DNA of 64,000 bases from Eledone cirrhosa. Its lineage: Eukaryota. Shown here in pieces: positions 37,201-52,839 of this stretch (the first letter of the stretch is position 1; each line of letters starts with the position of its first letter). The notes under the pieces are model-generated. The model did not search any database, had not been told where the DNA came from, and was given only the letters and a program-made list of their open reading frames with translations. Position numbers and translations under genes: made by a program. The stretch lies in contig OZ024741.1 in NCBI GenBank assembly GCA_964016885.1, positions 39,184,001 through 39,248,000 of the forward strand. The letters run 5' to 3'.

Positions 37201-39790
37201 CAGCATCACAGCAATCACAACAAAACAGCCACAACAGCATCACAGAAATCACAACAAAACAGCCACAACAGCATCACAGCAATCACACCACAACAGCCAC
37301 AACAACATCACAGTAATCACAACACAACAGCCACAACAGCATCACTGCAACCACAACAAAACAGCCACAACAGCATCACAGAAATCACAACAAAACAGCC
37401 ACAACAGCATCACAGCAATCACACCACAACAGCCACAACAACATCACAGCAATCACAACAAAACAGCCACAACAGCATCACAGCAACCACAACACAACAG
37501 CCACAACAACATCACAGCAACCAGAACACAGCAGCCACAACAACATCACAGCAACCAGAACAAAACAACCACAACAGCATCACAGCAACCACAACACAAC
37601 AGCCACAACAACATCACAGCAACCAGAACACAACAGCCACAACAACATCACAGCAACCACAACACAACAACCACAACAACATCACAGCAATCACAACAAA
37701 ACAACCACAACAACATCACAGCAACCACAACACTACAGCCACAACACCATCACAGCAATCACAACACAACAACCACAACAGCATCACAGCAACCACAACA
37801 CAACAGCCACAACAACATCACAGCAACCACAACAAAACAACCACAACAGCATCACAGCAACCAGAACACAACAGCCACAACAACATCACAGCAATCACAA
37901 CACAACAGCCACAACAGCATCACACAACCACACCACAACAGCCACAACAACATCACAGCAACCAGAACACAACAGCCACAACAACAACACAGCAACCACA
38001 ACAGCCACAACAGCATCACAGCAACCACAACACAACAGCCACAACAACATCACAGCAATCACAACAAAACAACCACAACAGCCTCAATGCAACCACAACA
38101 CAACAACCACAACAGCATCACAGCAACCACAACACAACAGCCACAACAGCATCACAGCAATCACAACACAACAGCCACAACTGCATCACAGTAATCACAA
38201 CACAAGAACCACAACAACATCACAGCAATCACAACACAACAGCCACAACAGCATCACAGCAATCACAACACAACAGCCACAACTGCATCACAGTAATCAC
38301 AACACAAGAACCACAAAAACATCACAGCAATCACAACAATACAACCACAACAGCATCACAGCAACCACAACACAACAGCCACAACAGCATCACAGCAACC
38401 ACAACACAACAGCCACAACAGCATCACAGCAATCACAACAATACAGCCACAACAGCATCACAGCAACCACAACAATACAACCACAACAACATCACAGCAA
38501 CCACAACACAACAGCCACAACAACATCACAGCAATCACAACACAACAGCCACAACAACATCACAGCAACCACAGCACAACAACCACAACAGTATCACATC
38601 AATCACAACAAAACAGCCACAACAGCATCACAGCAATCACAACAAACCAGTCACAACAGCATCACAGCAACCAGAACACAACAGCCACAACAACATCACA
38701 GCAACCACAACACAACAGCCACAACAGCATCACTGCAACCACAACAATCCAACCACAACAACATCACAGCAACCACAACACAACAGCCACAACAACATCC
38801 CAGCAACCACAACACAACAGCCACAACAGCATCACTGCAACCACAACACAACAGCCACAACAGTATCACAGCAACCACAACACAACAGCCACAACAGCAT
38901 CACAGCAATCACAACACAACAGCCACAACAGCATCACTGCAACCACAACACAGCAGCCACAACAGTATCACAGCAACCACAACACAACAGCCACAACAGC
39001 ATCACAGCAATCACAACACAACAGCCACAACAACATCACAGCAACCACAACACAACAGCCACAACAGCATCACTGCAACCACAACAATCCAACCACAACA
39101 ACATCACAGCAACCACAACACAACAGCCACAACAACATCCCAGCAACCACAACACAACAGCCACAACAGCATCACTGCAACCACAACACAACAGCCACAA
39201 CAGTATCACAGCAACCACAACACAACAGCCACAACAGCATCACAGCAATCACAACACAACAGCCACAACAGCATCACTGCAACCACAACACAACAGCCAC
39301 AACAGTATCACAGCAACCACAACACAACAGCCACAACAGCATCACAGCAATCACAACACAACAGCCACAACAACATCACAGCAATCACAACAGCCACAAC
39401 AACATCACAGCAACCACAACACAACAGCCACAACAGCATCACTGCAACCACAACAATCCAACCACAACAACATCATAGCAACCACAACACAACAGCCACA
39501 ACAACATCACAGCAACCACAACACAACAGCCACAACAGCATCACTGCAACCACAACAATCCAACCACAACAACATCACTGCAACCACAACACAACAGCCA
39601 CAACAGTATCACAGCAACCACAACACAACAGCCACAACAGTATCACAGCAACCACAACACAACAGCCACAACAGCATCACTGCAACCACAACACAACAAC
39701 CACAACAGCATCACTGCAACCAGAACACAACAGCCACAACAACATCACAGCAACCACAACACAACAACCACAACAAGAGCAGCCACAACT
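34230..39790. repeat. 34-bp satellite array, ~5.5 kb (~160 units)
   Basis: Consensus CACAACACAACAGC-CACAACAGCAT-CACAGCAAC. Confidence 0.95.
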
Positions 39791-39953
39791 TCAGTAACAG
39801 CAACCTCACAACAGTAACAACTACGTTAACTTTCAGAACAACAACAGCAACAACAACACAGACATTAAAAACATAAAGTACAACACAAAAGACAGAGCCA
39901 CGGGAGAAACACTTGCGGGGTGGAAAGAAAAAGGTTGAAGGAATGAAGGTGAA

Positions 39954-40181
39954 GGAGGAGGAGAGGAGGAGGAGGAGGAGGAGGAGAAGAAGAAGAAGAA
40001 GAAGAAGAAGAAGAAGAAGAAGAAGAAGAAGAAGAAGAAGAATATGATGATGATGATGAAGATGATGAAGAAGAAGAAAAAGAAGATGATGATGAAGAAG
40101 AAGAAGAAGAAGAAGAAGAAGAAGAAGAAGAAGAAGAAGAAGAAGAAGAAGAAGAAGAAGAAGAAGAAAGAGAAGCAGAAG

Positions 40182-40222
<41 letters not shown>

Positions 40223-40366
40223 GCAGAAGAAGAAGCAGAAGAAGAAGAAGAAGAAGAAGAAGAAGAAGAAGAAGAAGAAGAAGAAAAAGAAGAAGAAGAA
40301 GAAGAAGAAGAAGAAGAAGAAGAAGAAGAAGAAGAAGAAGAAGAAGAAGCAGCAGCAGCAGCAGCA
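39954..40366. repeat. Compound (GAG)/(GAA)/(GAT)/(GCA) trinucleotide tract
   Basis: Direct inspection. Confidence 0.95.
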
Positions 40367-40724
40367 ATTGGTTATAACAGAGAAGTGGGTGAAATAAGAA
40401 AAGAAAGTTGAAGAGTAGGGGATGTTGTTAGAAAGAGGGCAAGCGATGAAGAAGGGACACTTTGCTATCCCCCCCCCCCTCTCCCACCACTACCCCCTTC
40501 CCCCTCCCTTCATGCTTGGCTACCTTGCTTGCCCTCTCATCAAAGTTAAAGTGAAACAATTTTCAGGGACTTTTTGAGGAACGAAAGAAGTCACTGTGAG
40601 CGCCACCTCAGTCTCGTAAATAGTCTCAGACTGCTGAGACTAACTGAAAATCTCATCTCATCCCATCTCAATCGGACATCACCGAAAATGAACAAAGAGT
40701 GCACTCACAATTATGATGAATTTT

Positions 40725-40755
<31 letters not shown>

Positions 40756-40756
40756 T

Positions 40757-40814
<58 letters not shown>

Positions 40815-41347
40815 ATATATATAATATATATATTTTACATATTTTATATAGTTTTATTTATTCTTATTTATTCTTATATATTTTTTATATACTTTTGCGT
40901 TGTTTCCCTCGCTTTATAAAAAAAAAATGTTACTTATTTTATTATTATTATTATTAATATTATTATTATTATTGTTATATGATTTGTAAAAGGGGCGACC
41001 ACGATAGTGATAGATGAAGGTGGGGGTGTAAGTATGGTCCCTTTTTTGGGGTTATTTTTGTTGTTTGTTGTTGTGGCGCTATTGGTATAGTTGGGAGTGA
41101 TTGTTTTTATGGTTGTTGGTGTTGTTGGTGGTGTTGTTGGTGGTGGTGGAGGATGGTGTTAGGGAGTGGTGTATGTGTTTGTGGAGGTGGTTAATATGAA
41201 AGCGTCCATATTATGGGTGCACACGCCTATATGCATGTATGTATGCTAGCTGCAGTGTATAGTGTGTATATATGAGTGTACATATATATATATACACATA
41301 CACATACTCACGCACACACACACACACATACATACACATATATATAT

Positions 41348-41394
<47 letters not shown>

Positions 41395-41458
41395 AACACA
41401 TATTTGTACACACATACTTGCCCCGCTTGTGTAGTTACGAACGTGTATGTGTGCGCGC

Positions 41459-41662
<204 letters not shown>

Positions 41663-42361
41663 TATGTGTCTGTGTGAGTGTGCCTATGCGTTTGTATCGA
41701 ATTTCTTTATGCTTAGTTTTCTTTGTTTGTTGTTTGTTTTTACCTTGTTTTCGATTTTTATTTTCTATGGTTTGTTTATATTACTTGTTTGTATGTTTTG
41801 GTCATTGCTTCCAGCACGCTCTTAACGTTCGCACTTCTCTCTTTTTATTGTTATTATTTGTATTTTTATTTTATTTTTTCTATTTTACATTGGTGTGCCA
41901 TGATTATGGCCGGCTGAGCAACGATACTCGCCATCGGGACGTAATCCAGGTGGATTAAGGCTAGGATTAAGCTCTGGACCATTTAGAATAATGAAATTAG
42001 CTTATCGTTGGTGAACGAGATAAGGCACTATACTATAATGTATCTCGTATGATGAGCAATTGAAAGAAGGGGAAGAGAAAAAGAGAAAGATAGAGAGAGA
42101 GAGGGGGTTGATGGGGGTGATAGGGAGCATGGAAAAGAAAAAGAAGATGGAAGGTGGGGGTGGGGACAAACGAGAAAAAAAATAAAGAAAGAGTGATAGA
42201 AAAATATATAACATAAGAAATAAAAGATGCAAAGAATGGGAGAAAATCAAAACTGTTATTGAATGGAGGGGAGATGGTGGAGAGTGTGTGAGGGGGAGGG
42301 GGAGATATGGAGGGAGGGGGAGATAAATAAAAGGGAGAGAGAGGGAGAAAGAGAGAGACAT

Positions 42362-42438
<77 letters not shown>

Positions 42439-42947
42439 TTATGGGTAGAGAGTGAGGCGAAGGGGATGATGATGGAACAGAAGAAAAGAAGGTAAAGAAA
42501 CAATAAACAACAAGAAAAAAAATGAGGGAAAGAAAGATCGAGAGAAAATATAAAATAATATAATAAAGATGGAAAGAATGTGAGAAAGATGAAAAGGAAG
42601 GAAAGTGAGAGGAAAGTGAACGAGAGAGAAAGAAAGGGTGAAGAGAAATATATAATGAAATATTATAAGAGAGAGAAAAGGGGGGGGGGTGAAAAGGAAG
42701 AAGAGAGAGAAAGAAAAGGTGAAAAGAAATATATAATGAAATATTATGAGAGAGTGAGAGAGAGGAGGCGAGAGAGAGAAAGATATATATGTATAGAGAT
42801 AGATAGAGAGGGAGAGAGAGAAGGAGAGAGAGAAAGAAAGAAAGAGGGGATACTAAAACAAAGAAAGAAAAATATAATAGAGAAGAAAAAAACGAGAAGT
42901 AAAGGGAAGAGGTGAAATTGGAATGAAACAGAAGATAATTGAACTGA

Positions 42948-43555
42948 GATGGTGGTGGTGGTGGTGGTGGTGGCAGTGGTGGTGGTGGTGGTGGTGGCAG
43001 TGGTGGAGGTATTGGTGGTGTTGAGGTGGCAGTGGTGGTGATGGTGGTGGTGGTGGTGGTGGTGGTGGTGGTGATGTTGGTGGTGGTGGTGGTGGTGATG
43101 GTGGTGGTGGTGGTGGTGGTGGTGGTGGTGGTAATGGTGATGGTGGTGGTGGTGGTGGTGGTGGTGGTTGTGGTGGTGGTGGTGGCAGTGGTGGTGGTGG
43201 TGGTGGTGGTGGTGGTGGTGGTGGTGGTGGTGGTAATGGTGGTGGTGGTGGTGGTGGCAGTGGTGGTGGTGGTGGTGGCGGTGGTGGTGGCAGTGGTGGT
43301 GGTGGTGGTGGTGGTGGTGGTGGTGGTGGTGGTGGTGGTGGTGGTGATGGTGGTGGTGGTGGTAATGGTGATGGTGGTGGTGGTGGTGGTGATAATGGTG
43401 ATGGTAGTGATGGTGGTGGTGGTGGTAATGGTGATGGTGGTGATGGTGTTGATGGTGGCGGTGTTGGTAATGGTGATGGTGGTGGTGGTGGTGGTAATGG
43501 TAATGGTAATGGTGGTGGTGGTGGTGGTGGTAGTGGTGGTGGTGGTGGCAGTGAT
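42948..43555. repeat. (GGT)n degenerate tract ~600 bp; (CAA)n follows at 43661-43815
   Basis: Direct inspection. Confidence 0.95.
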
Positions 43556-43659
43556 AGAGACGATGGTTATGATGGTGTTGTTGAACCTTTTGTTCAAGTG
43601 AAGTGAAGAACAGAGAGATAGAATAAATGAAAGGAAGGAAGTTTCGAATTGAATTGGTG

Positions 43660-43715
<56 letters not shown>

Positions 43716-43985
43716 GCAACAACAACATCAGTAACAACAACAACAACAGCAGTAACAACAACAACAATAACAACAACAACAACAACAACAAACACAACAG
43801 CAGCAGCAACAACAATGAGAAAACAACGGTATCAGTAAGTGTACAACAGTCGCAAAAACAAGTTGTAATACCAACGACATCAGAAAGAGCAATAACTCCA
43901 GTATGAATAATATAAGCAACAAAACAGTACATAGGTGGCACTACTAGTAGGACAGAACAGACAGGAGCAAGGAAAAAGAAAAGAA

Positions 43986-44075
<90 letters not shown>

Positions 44076-44139
44076 ACGCATGTGCAAATGATTGGGGTAA
44101 GAGAATTGTATATATATATATACATACATACATAAATAT

Positions 44140-44681
<542 letters not shown>

Positions 44682-44692
44682 TATATATATAT

Positions 44693-45031
44693 AAAGTAAA
44701 AAAAAAGAAATCGAAAATGCAACTGGATTATTTTTTTTTTTAAATATATATTTATTTGGTTCCTTTATGGGTTTCGCAGTTCTTCTGCTTTTCAAAAGTA
44801 GAATTGAGATGGAGGGTCTGTGGTTTTTCGCGATGTGAGAAAAACCACAGACCCTCCATCTCAATTCTACTTTTGAAAAGCAGAAGAACTGCGAAACCCG
44901 TAAAGGAACCAAATAAATATATATTTAAAATAAAAAAGACTCCAGTTGCATTTTCGATTTCATCTTTTTTCCTTATACTTTCACTCGTGTAGATACCTCG
45001 CTTATTTTTCATTTTGTAAACAAATCCTTAC

Positions 45032-45038
<7 letters not shown>
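44693..45038 (+). mobile_element. Fold-back element with ~123-bp inverted arms; non-folded copy at 49967-50179
   Basis: 44707-44829 is the near-perfect reverse complement of 44839-44961; (TA)n on both sides. Confidence 0.85.
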
Positions 45039-45068
<30 letters not shown>

Positions 45069-45209
45069 TAGAAGTTGTATTTAATTTGTTGGAAGTCCGA
45101 CAAACATAAATGTTTATAACTGATTTAGAGCACTCAACAAGTTACTGGAGTAAATATTCAATGATATTAAATGAATGGAAACTATATAAAATAAAATAAA
45201 ATAAATATG

Positions 45210-45266
<57 letters not shown>

Positions 45267-46756
45267 TGTATATATATATATAACAAATGAATTGTGGTAA
45301 GGAACCAGATGGACCATAACGCACCAGAGTACTCAATACTTAGTGTAGTAGAGTGGGAAATAGTCCAGAAATAGCCGTCGAAACGGCTTGAACTCTGTTG
45401 TCGGGGTCATACTTTTTCCTATATATATATTTATATATATATATATATACATTTTGAGTATGTGTTGGTTGTTTACCGACACCTCAGTATGCAGTAGGAG
45501 CACTCAACGAAGTGCGCAGTTTCGTTTGTTCACTCCGGTGTAATGTAAAATAATAAGTGTAAGTCAAACATGTTAAAGTTGGCTTCGTTTATTCTAATTC
45601 TCTGCTATATATATTTCAGTGACAGCCATTATTGGCTGTGACCTCACCAGGCAGAAATAACAGGAAAACATGTTGTTGTAATGGGTTCTACCGTGTTAAT
45701 TCATCGATATGTCCAGCTCCTGGGTGTATTGTTAGTCCTCAAAGGAACTGGAATCATATATGTATATATAAAATGATAAATATCTTGATATGCGAACCGT
45801 TTGATGTCCAACACATCAAAATTAACTACCAACATGAGCGCTAATAATATGCAAATCGGTACGTCCAAGTCTGTGATACAGCTCTAGATGATAGAGTATA
45901 TAAACTCTTGGGTTACGTATTGTATCGGCTGATGAGGACTCCGAAACGTTTTTCAATTTACAGTTTCTGACATGTTTAGAGGTCTATAAATTCAATTTGT
46001 AAATTTTTATACACATTTACGCAGTCTCAGTCTTCTCTGTACCGTATATACACAGATATAAATATATCATGTATATGTATGTGTACACACACACATGTAA
46101 TTTTGATATGTTGGCCATCAAACGGTTCGCATATCAAGATATTTATCATTTTTTCAATTTACAGGAAAATATATAAGATTTAGCACATCTACATGGCTAT
46201 GTGATCCATGTATAAATTTATAACACCTTTACACAGTCTCAGATACCTCTGTATAGATATAAATGTTTCGTATAATTCCACTGCTTAGCACAACGTAAAT
46301 TTGTTAAGAAAACGAGCGTTAATAATAGACAAGTTAGTTGGTCCGTTTCAGTGACACTACTAATGTGATATAGTATAAAATCCATTCCGTTACACATTTC
46401 CTTGTGATGGTTTAAATGATTTACATATCGTCTGATAAAAATATAAAAGGTTTCGAAAATCACTACGAGATATTTATAATTTCCTCTATTTCAATTTACA
46501 GTGAAATCCATAAAATTTGACATGTTTATATACCAAATGTACAAATTTATATACACATATCCGAATGATCAAATACCACAGTAGTGTAATATAAATATAA
46601 ATCTATCGTATAATTCGGATGCTTAACGCGGGGTCGAAGCTGCCAAAGTCCATCTCAACGGCCGATGACCCTGCCTATATAAAGCGAAAGAGGGAGCGAA
46701 AGAGAGAAAAAAGGAGAGAGAGAGAGAGAGAGAAAGAAAAAGGCGAGAGAGAGAGA

Positions 46757-46830
<74 letters not shown>

Positions 46831-47025
46831 TGTAACAAAGTAAGTATATAATGAGAAATCGAAATAGCTTCAAATAGAGGAATAGAAAGGTTCTAGATAG
46901 AAAGTGGTGGACAGATAGACAGACACACAGACAAAGAGACTGCTTGAAATACATTTTAGCTGACTAAACACTTATATTTTGTATTGTTATCTATCTTTTT
47001 ATATCTCTCTTGATCGCTCATTCTA

Positions 47026-47061
47026 TCTTCCGATGAAGGACTAACCTCCAAAACGTTAAGA
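47026..47061 (+). ncRNA. Degenerate minimal hammerhead (family of 62429-62464)
   Basis: TCTT-CCGATGA-AGGACTAACCTCC-AAAA-CG-TT-AAGA; two core substitutions. Confidence 0.55.
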
Positions 47062-47218
47062 GACTTTTCCCCACTATATCAATCGTAAAACCAATGTATA
47101 ACTTCATTTCACCGTATCGTTTCCTTGTGTTGTTTATTCATTTACTTATTGCGTATATATAGAGAGAGAGGGGGAGAGAGGGCGGAGAGGAGCGAGTTAG
47201 GTAGGGAGTGAGACAGTC

Positions 47219-47269
<51 letters not shown>

Positions 47270-47421
47270 AAAATAAAGATGGCTGAGAAGAATTGGTGAT
47301 GTAAAACAGAAATAAAAAGATAACGTTGTCAGAATTATGAAAGAGGAAATTGAGAAAGATGGAGACTTTTCAAAGAAACGCCTGCTCACATATATTTTCT
47401 CTCTCTTTTCGCCATTTTGCT

Positions 47422-48233
<812 letters not shown>

Positions 48234-49469
48234 GCGTGTGATATTCCTTTTTTTCTACAATCATTACTTTCATTTGCATTTGTTCTTTTCCCTACCTTTT
48301 TCAATTTCATTTGTTTGTTTCCTTCATTCAATCTTTCTTTCTTTCTTTCCTTCCTTCCGTCTTTCTTTCTTTCTTTCTCTCATTCCTTCTATCTATATTT
48401 ATTTATTTATATTCCTTCCATGTTTTCTATTCGTCTTTATTATTCAACTTAACTTTTTTTTATTATACCTTAGTTTCCGTTTTTCACTTGATCCCCCACA
48501 ATTCTTTCACCCACCCCTCCGCCGTCTCCACATTCGGCCGTCTCCGTTTATTTCCGTTTGAATTATATTGTTGTTGTTGTTGTTGTTGTTGCTGCTCTTG
48601 TTGTTATCTTTTATTTCTCTTTTTTTTATTTTGTTGTTGTTGTTGTTCATTTATTTTTTTTAATTTTTTTTTTTAGGTATCGGTGTACTTCTCTTTACGG
48701 CTTGTCGTTTATTCTTTGCCCAACAGCAACACCACCAACAACAACAATAACACCAACACAACAACAACGACGAAAACCACCAGCACCCTCACCAGCACCA
48801 ACTCAACTAGCAACGCCACCACCACCAGCAGCACCAACAACACCACCACAATCGCCACTGCCCTCACCATCACTACAACCACCACCACAACCACCACCAT
48901 CACAACTATCACCAGGCACAACCACCACTACCCCCCCCCCCCCCTCGCCCCATCACCATCATCATCACCATCACTACTGCCATCTCCACCACCAGCACCA
49001 GCACCACCAGCACCACCAGCACCACATACAGCACAACCACCAACACCACCACTGACAACAACCACCATCACCACATCTATAACATAAATGCACTACCACA
49101 GTCTAAGTTTCCCTCTCACTAATTCTCCACCATTATCTCACACTAACGCAATAACCGACGTTCTCTCTCTTCTAGTTGTAAAGTAAAACAGCCATGCTAC
49201 AAATATTGAAAAGACGACGGTCGCCATTTTAGCGATAGGAATGTGAAGAATACTTTGGTTGCAAGGTGCTGTTCTTAACACGAATGCTGAGATATATACC
49301 TATGGTATATATCGTTTGGTAAATCACTGATGAAGGACTCACTTTATAACATGTTATCCATGTGCAACCAGCAGTATTCTTCTCACCCATATTTTTCATA
49401 TATATATATATATATACATCCACACACATACGCACACAGACACACATATATATATATCCCACACACTTC

Positions 49470-49638
<169 letters not shown>

Positions 49639-50172
49639 ATATGTATAGAATGGATTTCCAAATAAGGGCGCGAAAATTTAATGAAAACTTGTTAACGTGA
49701 CAGCCATAATTTTATTTATAACCAATCAAATTACGCTTTTTAAAAAAAAACTTCGTGAGCCCCTTTTTTCAAGTAAAAAGAAATTCAAACACTCATATAT
49801 GAAAAAACAACCTGTGCCCCCCCCCCCTTGTTTGAAGAACTTTGTAACGCGAACTGGCGCGAAATTTATTATAATTATTGGCCAACCAATCAAATTACTT
49901 CTCTAAAAATCTGGCATTTCGAGCCACTTTTTCCATATAAAACAAGTAACATTCAGAGACCAACCAGATGTGAGAAAAACCACAGACCCTCCATCTCAAC
50001 TCTACTTTTGAAAAGCAGAAGAACTGCAAAACCGGTAAAGGAACCAAATAAATATATATATTTAAAAAAAAAATAAGACTCCAGTTGCATTTTCGATTTC
50101 ATCTTTTTTTCTTTATACTTCCAGTCGTGTAGGACACCTCGGTTATTTTTAATTTTGTAAAAAAAACCTCAC

Positions 50173-50225
<53 letters not shown>

Positions 50226-50272
50226 CATATTTATACATATATACATATATATATATACATATATATACATAC

Positions 50273-50308
<36 letters not shown>

Positions 50309-50330
50309 GCATATATATATATATATATAT

Positions 50331-50402
<72 letters not shown>

Positions 50403-50725
50403 CATCTAGTTTACCATCTTTCCTTCAGTCTCCATCTTTCATCTGTTCAGAATTTTCTTCTACTTCTTTCGTTTTTTTAGTCTTCGAAAATTAATCAGTT
50501 GGTATCATCAACTACAATTTATTCAAAGTTCTTTATTAATAGATATGACACAAATATAATATATTATTGTATGTTCGCCTCAGACAAAGACAGCTACAAA
50601 CACACAGAGGCAAATACACATACACACATATTTACATACACACACACACACCCAATACATATATTTTTTTTTATATATCTACATATATATATATCCATAC
50701 ATAGTTCATAAAACGAATGCATACA

Positions 50726-50803
<78 letters not shown>

Positions 50804-51523
50804 CATACATACACACACACATATACATATATATATATATATATACACCCACCCTGTATATATATATATATGTGTGTGTATATATATATATACACACAAC
50901 CATACATTCATGCACACATATCTTCACATACCCACACAAATAAACCGAAAGAAAAGATTAAAAGATATATAAGGAAAAAAACAGCAAAGAAATAAACAAA
51001 CAGTACAGAAAGATGATGCATACTAACTGTAAGTCACTTCAATACTTCTTGCTAAATTGTTTTCTAACAGAACTGTTTTGTTTTATTGATTCAGTTTGAT
51101 ACAATTGGTTTTAATGTTGTGATATAAGTGGACAGAATGTCGGATAGAAATCTTGAGAAATCTTGAGAAAAATCGTTGCGGGTCTCTGCACTTTGAGTTC
51201 TATTCCCACCATCGTCAACTTTGCCTTTTATCCTTTTGGTAAATAAAATACCCGTGATATATTTGTGTAGATTCTTCCTCTTTATCTCTTTCTCTGGCAG
51301 AAACCGACTCTCTTCTGCTCTTCTGACATGTATCGGGATAGCTTCCTTCAGGTTTAAATGCATAAGAAATATGATATGATAGTGTTGTCACTACGATTCT
51401 ACCAGATATTTAGAGTCCATGGATCGGTTAATTTAAATCTCGTGTTCATGGATCCGTTAGTTTAAATCTAACCATGTTCAACCTTAGTTTTAATTTTTTT
51501 CCAGATAAATATTGTACCAGTGA

Positions 51524-51710
51524 AATAATTGTTTCTACTTTTGGCACAAGGCCAGCCATTACCCCAGTATTACTGGTATTTTATTTTATCGACCCCGTAA
51601 GGATGAAAGGCAAAGTTAACCTCGGCGGGATTGGAACTCAGACTGTAAAGGGCCGTAACTCTATGCTGCAAAGCATGACGTCCGACCCTCTACTCATACT
51701 GCCAAATCAC
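51524..51710 (-). mobile_element. Family A SINE
   Basis: Family motifs; GTGAAATAAT on both sides. Confidence 0.88.
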
Positions 51711-51976
51711 TGTGAAATAATGGGGTCGATAACATCGCTTTTCCTTCTCAAATTACTAGAATTGTGCATAAACTAGAAACCCTTATTATGCGTCTTCTGT
51801 CGCTTGACCAAGAGTCTCACGAGAGTGCTAAGGCTCCGTTTCAGCCCATATCACCCGACAGATAAAAACTGGGGTGAGCAGAGATGACATTCTTATTCAG
51901 AAATGAGATGAAAAGTAACTTTTCGTAAAAGGTCAGGTGTAATGTTCTTCTTTTATCAGTATTGTCTGTTGTATTA

Positions 51977-52208
51977 AGGCAGTGGTTGGGCAGTACCTGT
52001 TGAGCGTCGGACAGCATGCTTTACAGTATATAGTTACGGCCCTTTACATTCTGTGTTCAAATCCTGCCAAGGCTAGCTTTGCCTTTCATACTTACGGGGT
52101 CGATAAAATAAAGTACCAGTAATGCACTGGGGTTGATTTAATCCACTTTCCCCTCCCCACCCACCAAATTGTTGGCCTTGTGCCTATGGTAGAAATCATT
52201 ATTATTAT
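51977..52208 (+). mobile_element. Family A SINE, long variant
   Basis: Includes the GGGGTTGATTTAATC..TTCCCCTCCCC segment absent from short copies; (ATT)n tail. Confidence 0.85.
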
Positions 52209-52251
52209 TTCTACTTGTAGTAGTTGTAATACTAGAAGAAGGAGAAGAAGA

Positions 52252-52350
<99 letters not shown>

Positions 52351-52839
52351 GGTGGTGGTAGTATTCGTGGTAGTAGTTTCGGTATATTGTTGTTGCTGTT
52401 ACATTAGCAGTAGAAATAAAATGAAAAATAAAACAACAACAACAACAACACCAACACCAACAGCCACAACAAAAGCAACAACAACAACAACAAGCACAAG
52501 AGCAACGACAACAGCAACAACAAGCACAAGAACAACGACAACAACAGCCACCACCACCACCACAACAACAACAACCACAAGAGCAACGACAACAACAACA
52601 GCCACAACAACAGCAATAACAACGACAACAACAGCAACAACAACCACAACAACAGCCACTACAGAAAACGAATAAAACAAAATGGAAGATTACCATTTTT
52701 ATGTTGCGAAGTGCTGCCCTGTGCTGGACACGGGGCTTAATTTAATGTTTTTGTTGCGGTAGATTCTATTCTGTTAATCCTGGGTTAGCAGACCTGGCCA
52801 TCTTGTGTTCACTGGGATCTTTACAGAATGCAAGCGTAA

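Noticed and set aside
34230-39790. Mucin-like or Q/H-rich coding repeat, or CRISPR array
   Set aside because: The 34-bp unit is not a multiple of 3, there are no unique spacers and no cas genes, and the context is eukaryotic.
42002-43795. 597-aa ORF (poly-V/T/P)
   Set aside because: Translation of (GGT)n, (CAA)n and GA-rich tracts; no domain and no codon complexity.
46670-46690. TATA-box promoter CTATATAAAG
   Set aside because: Motif is common in this AT-rich sequence and no downstream gene is visible.
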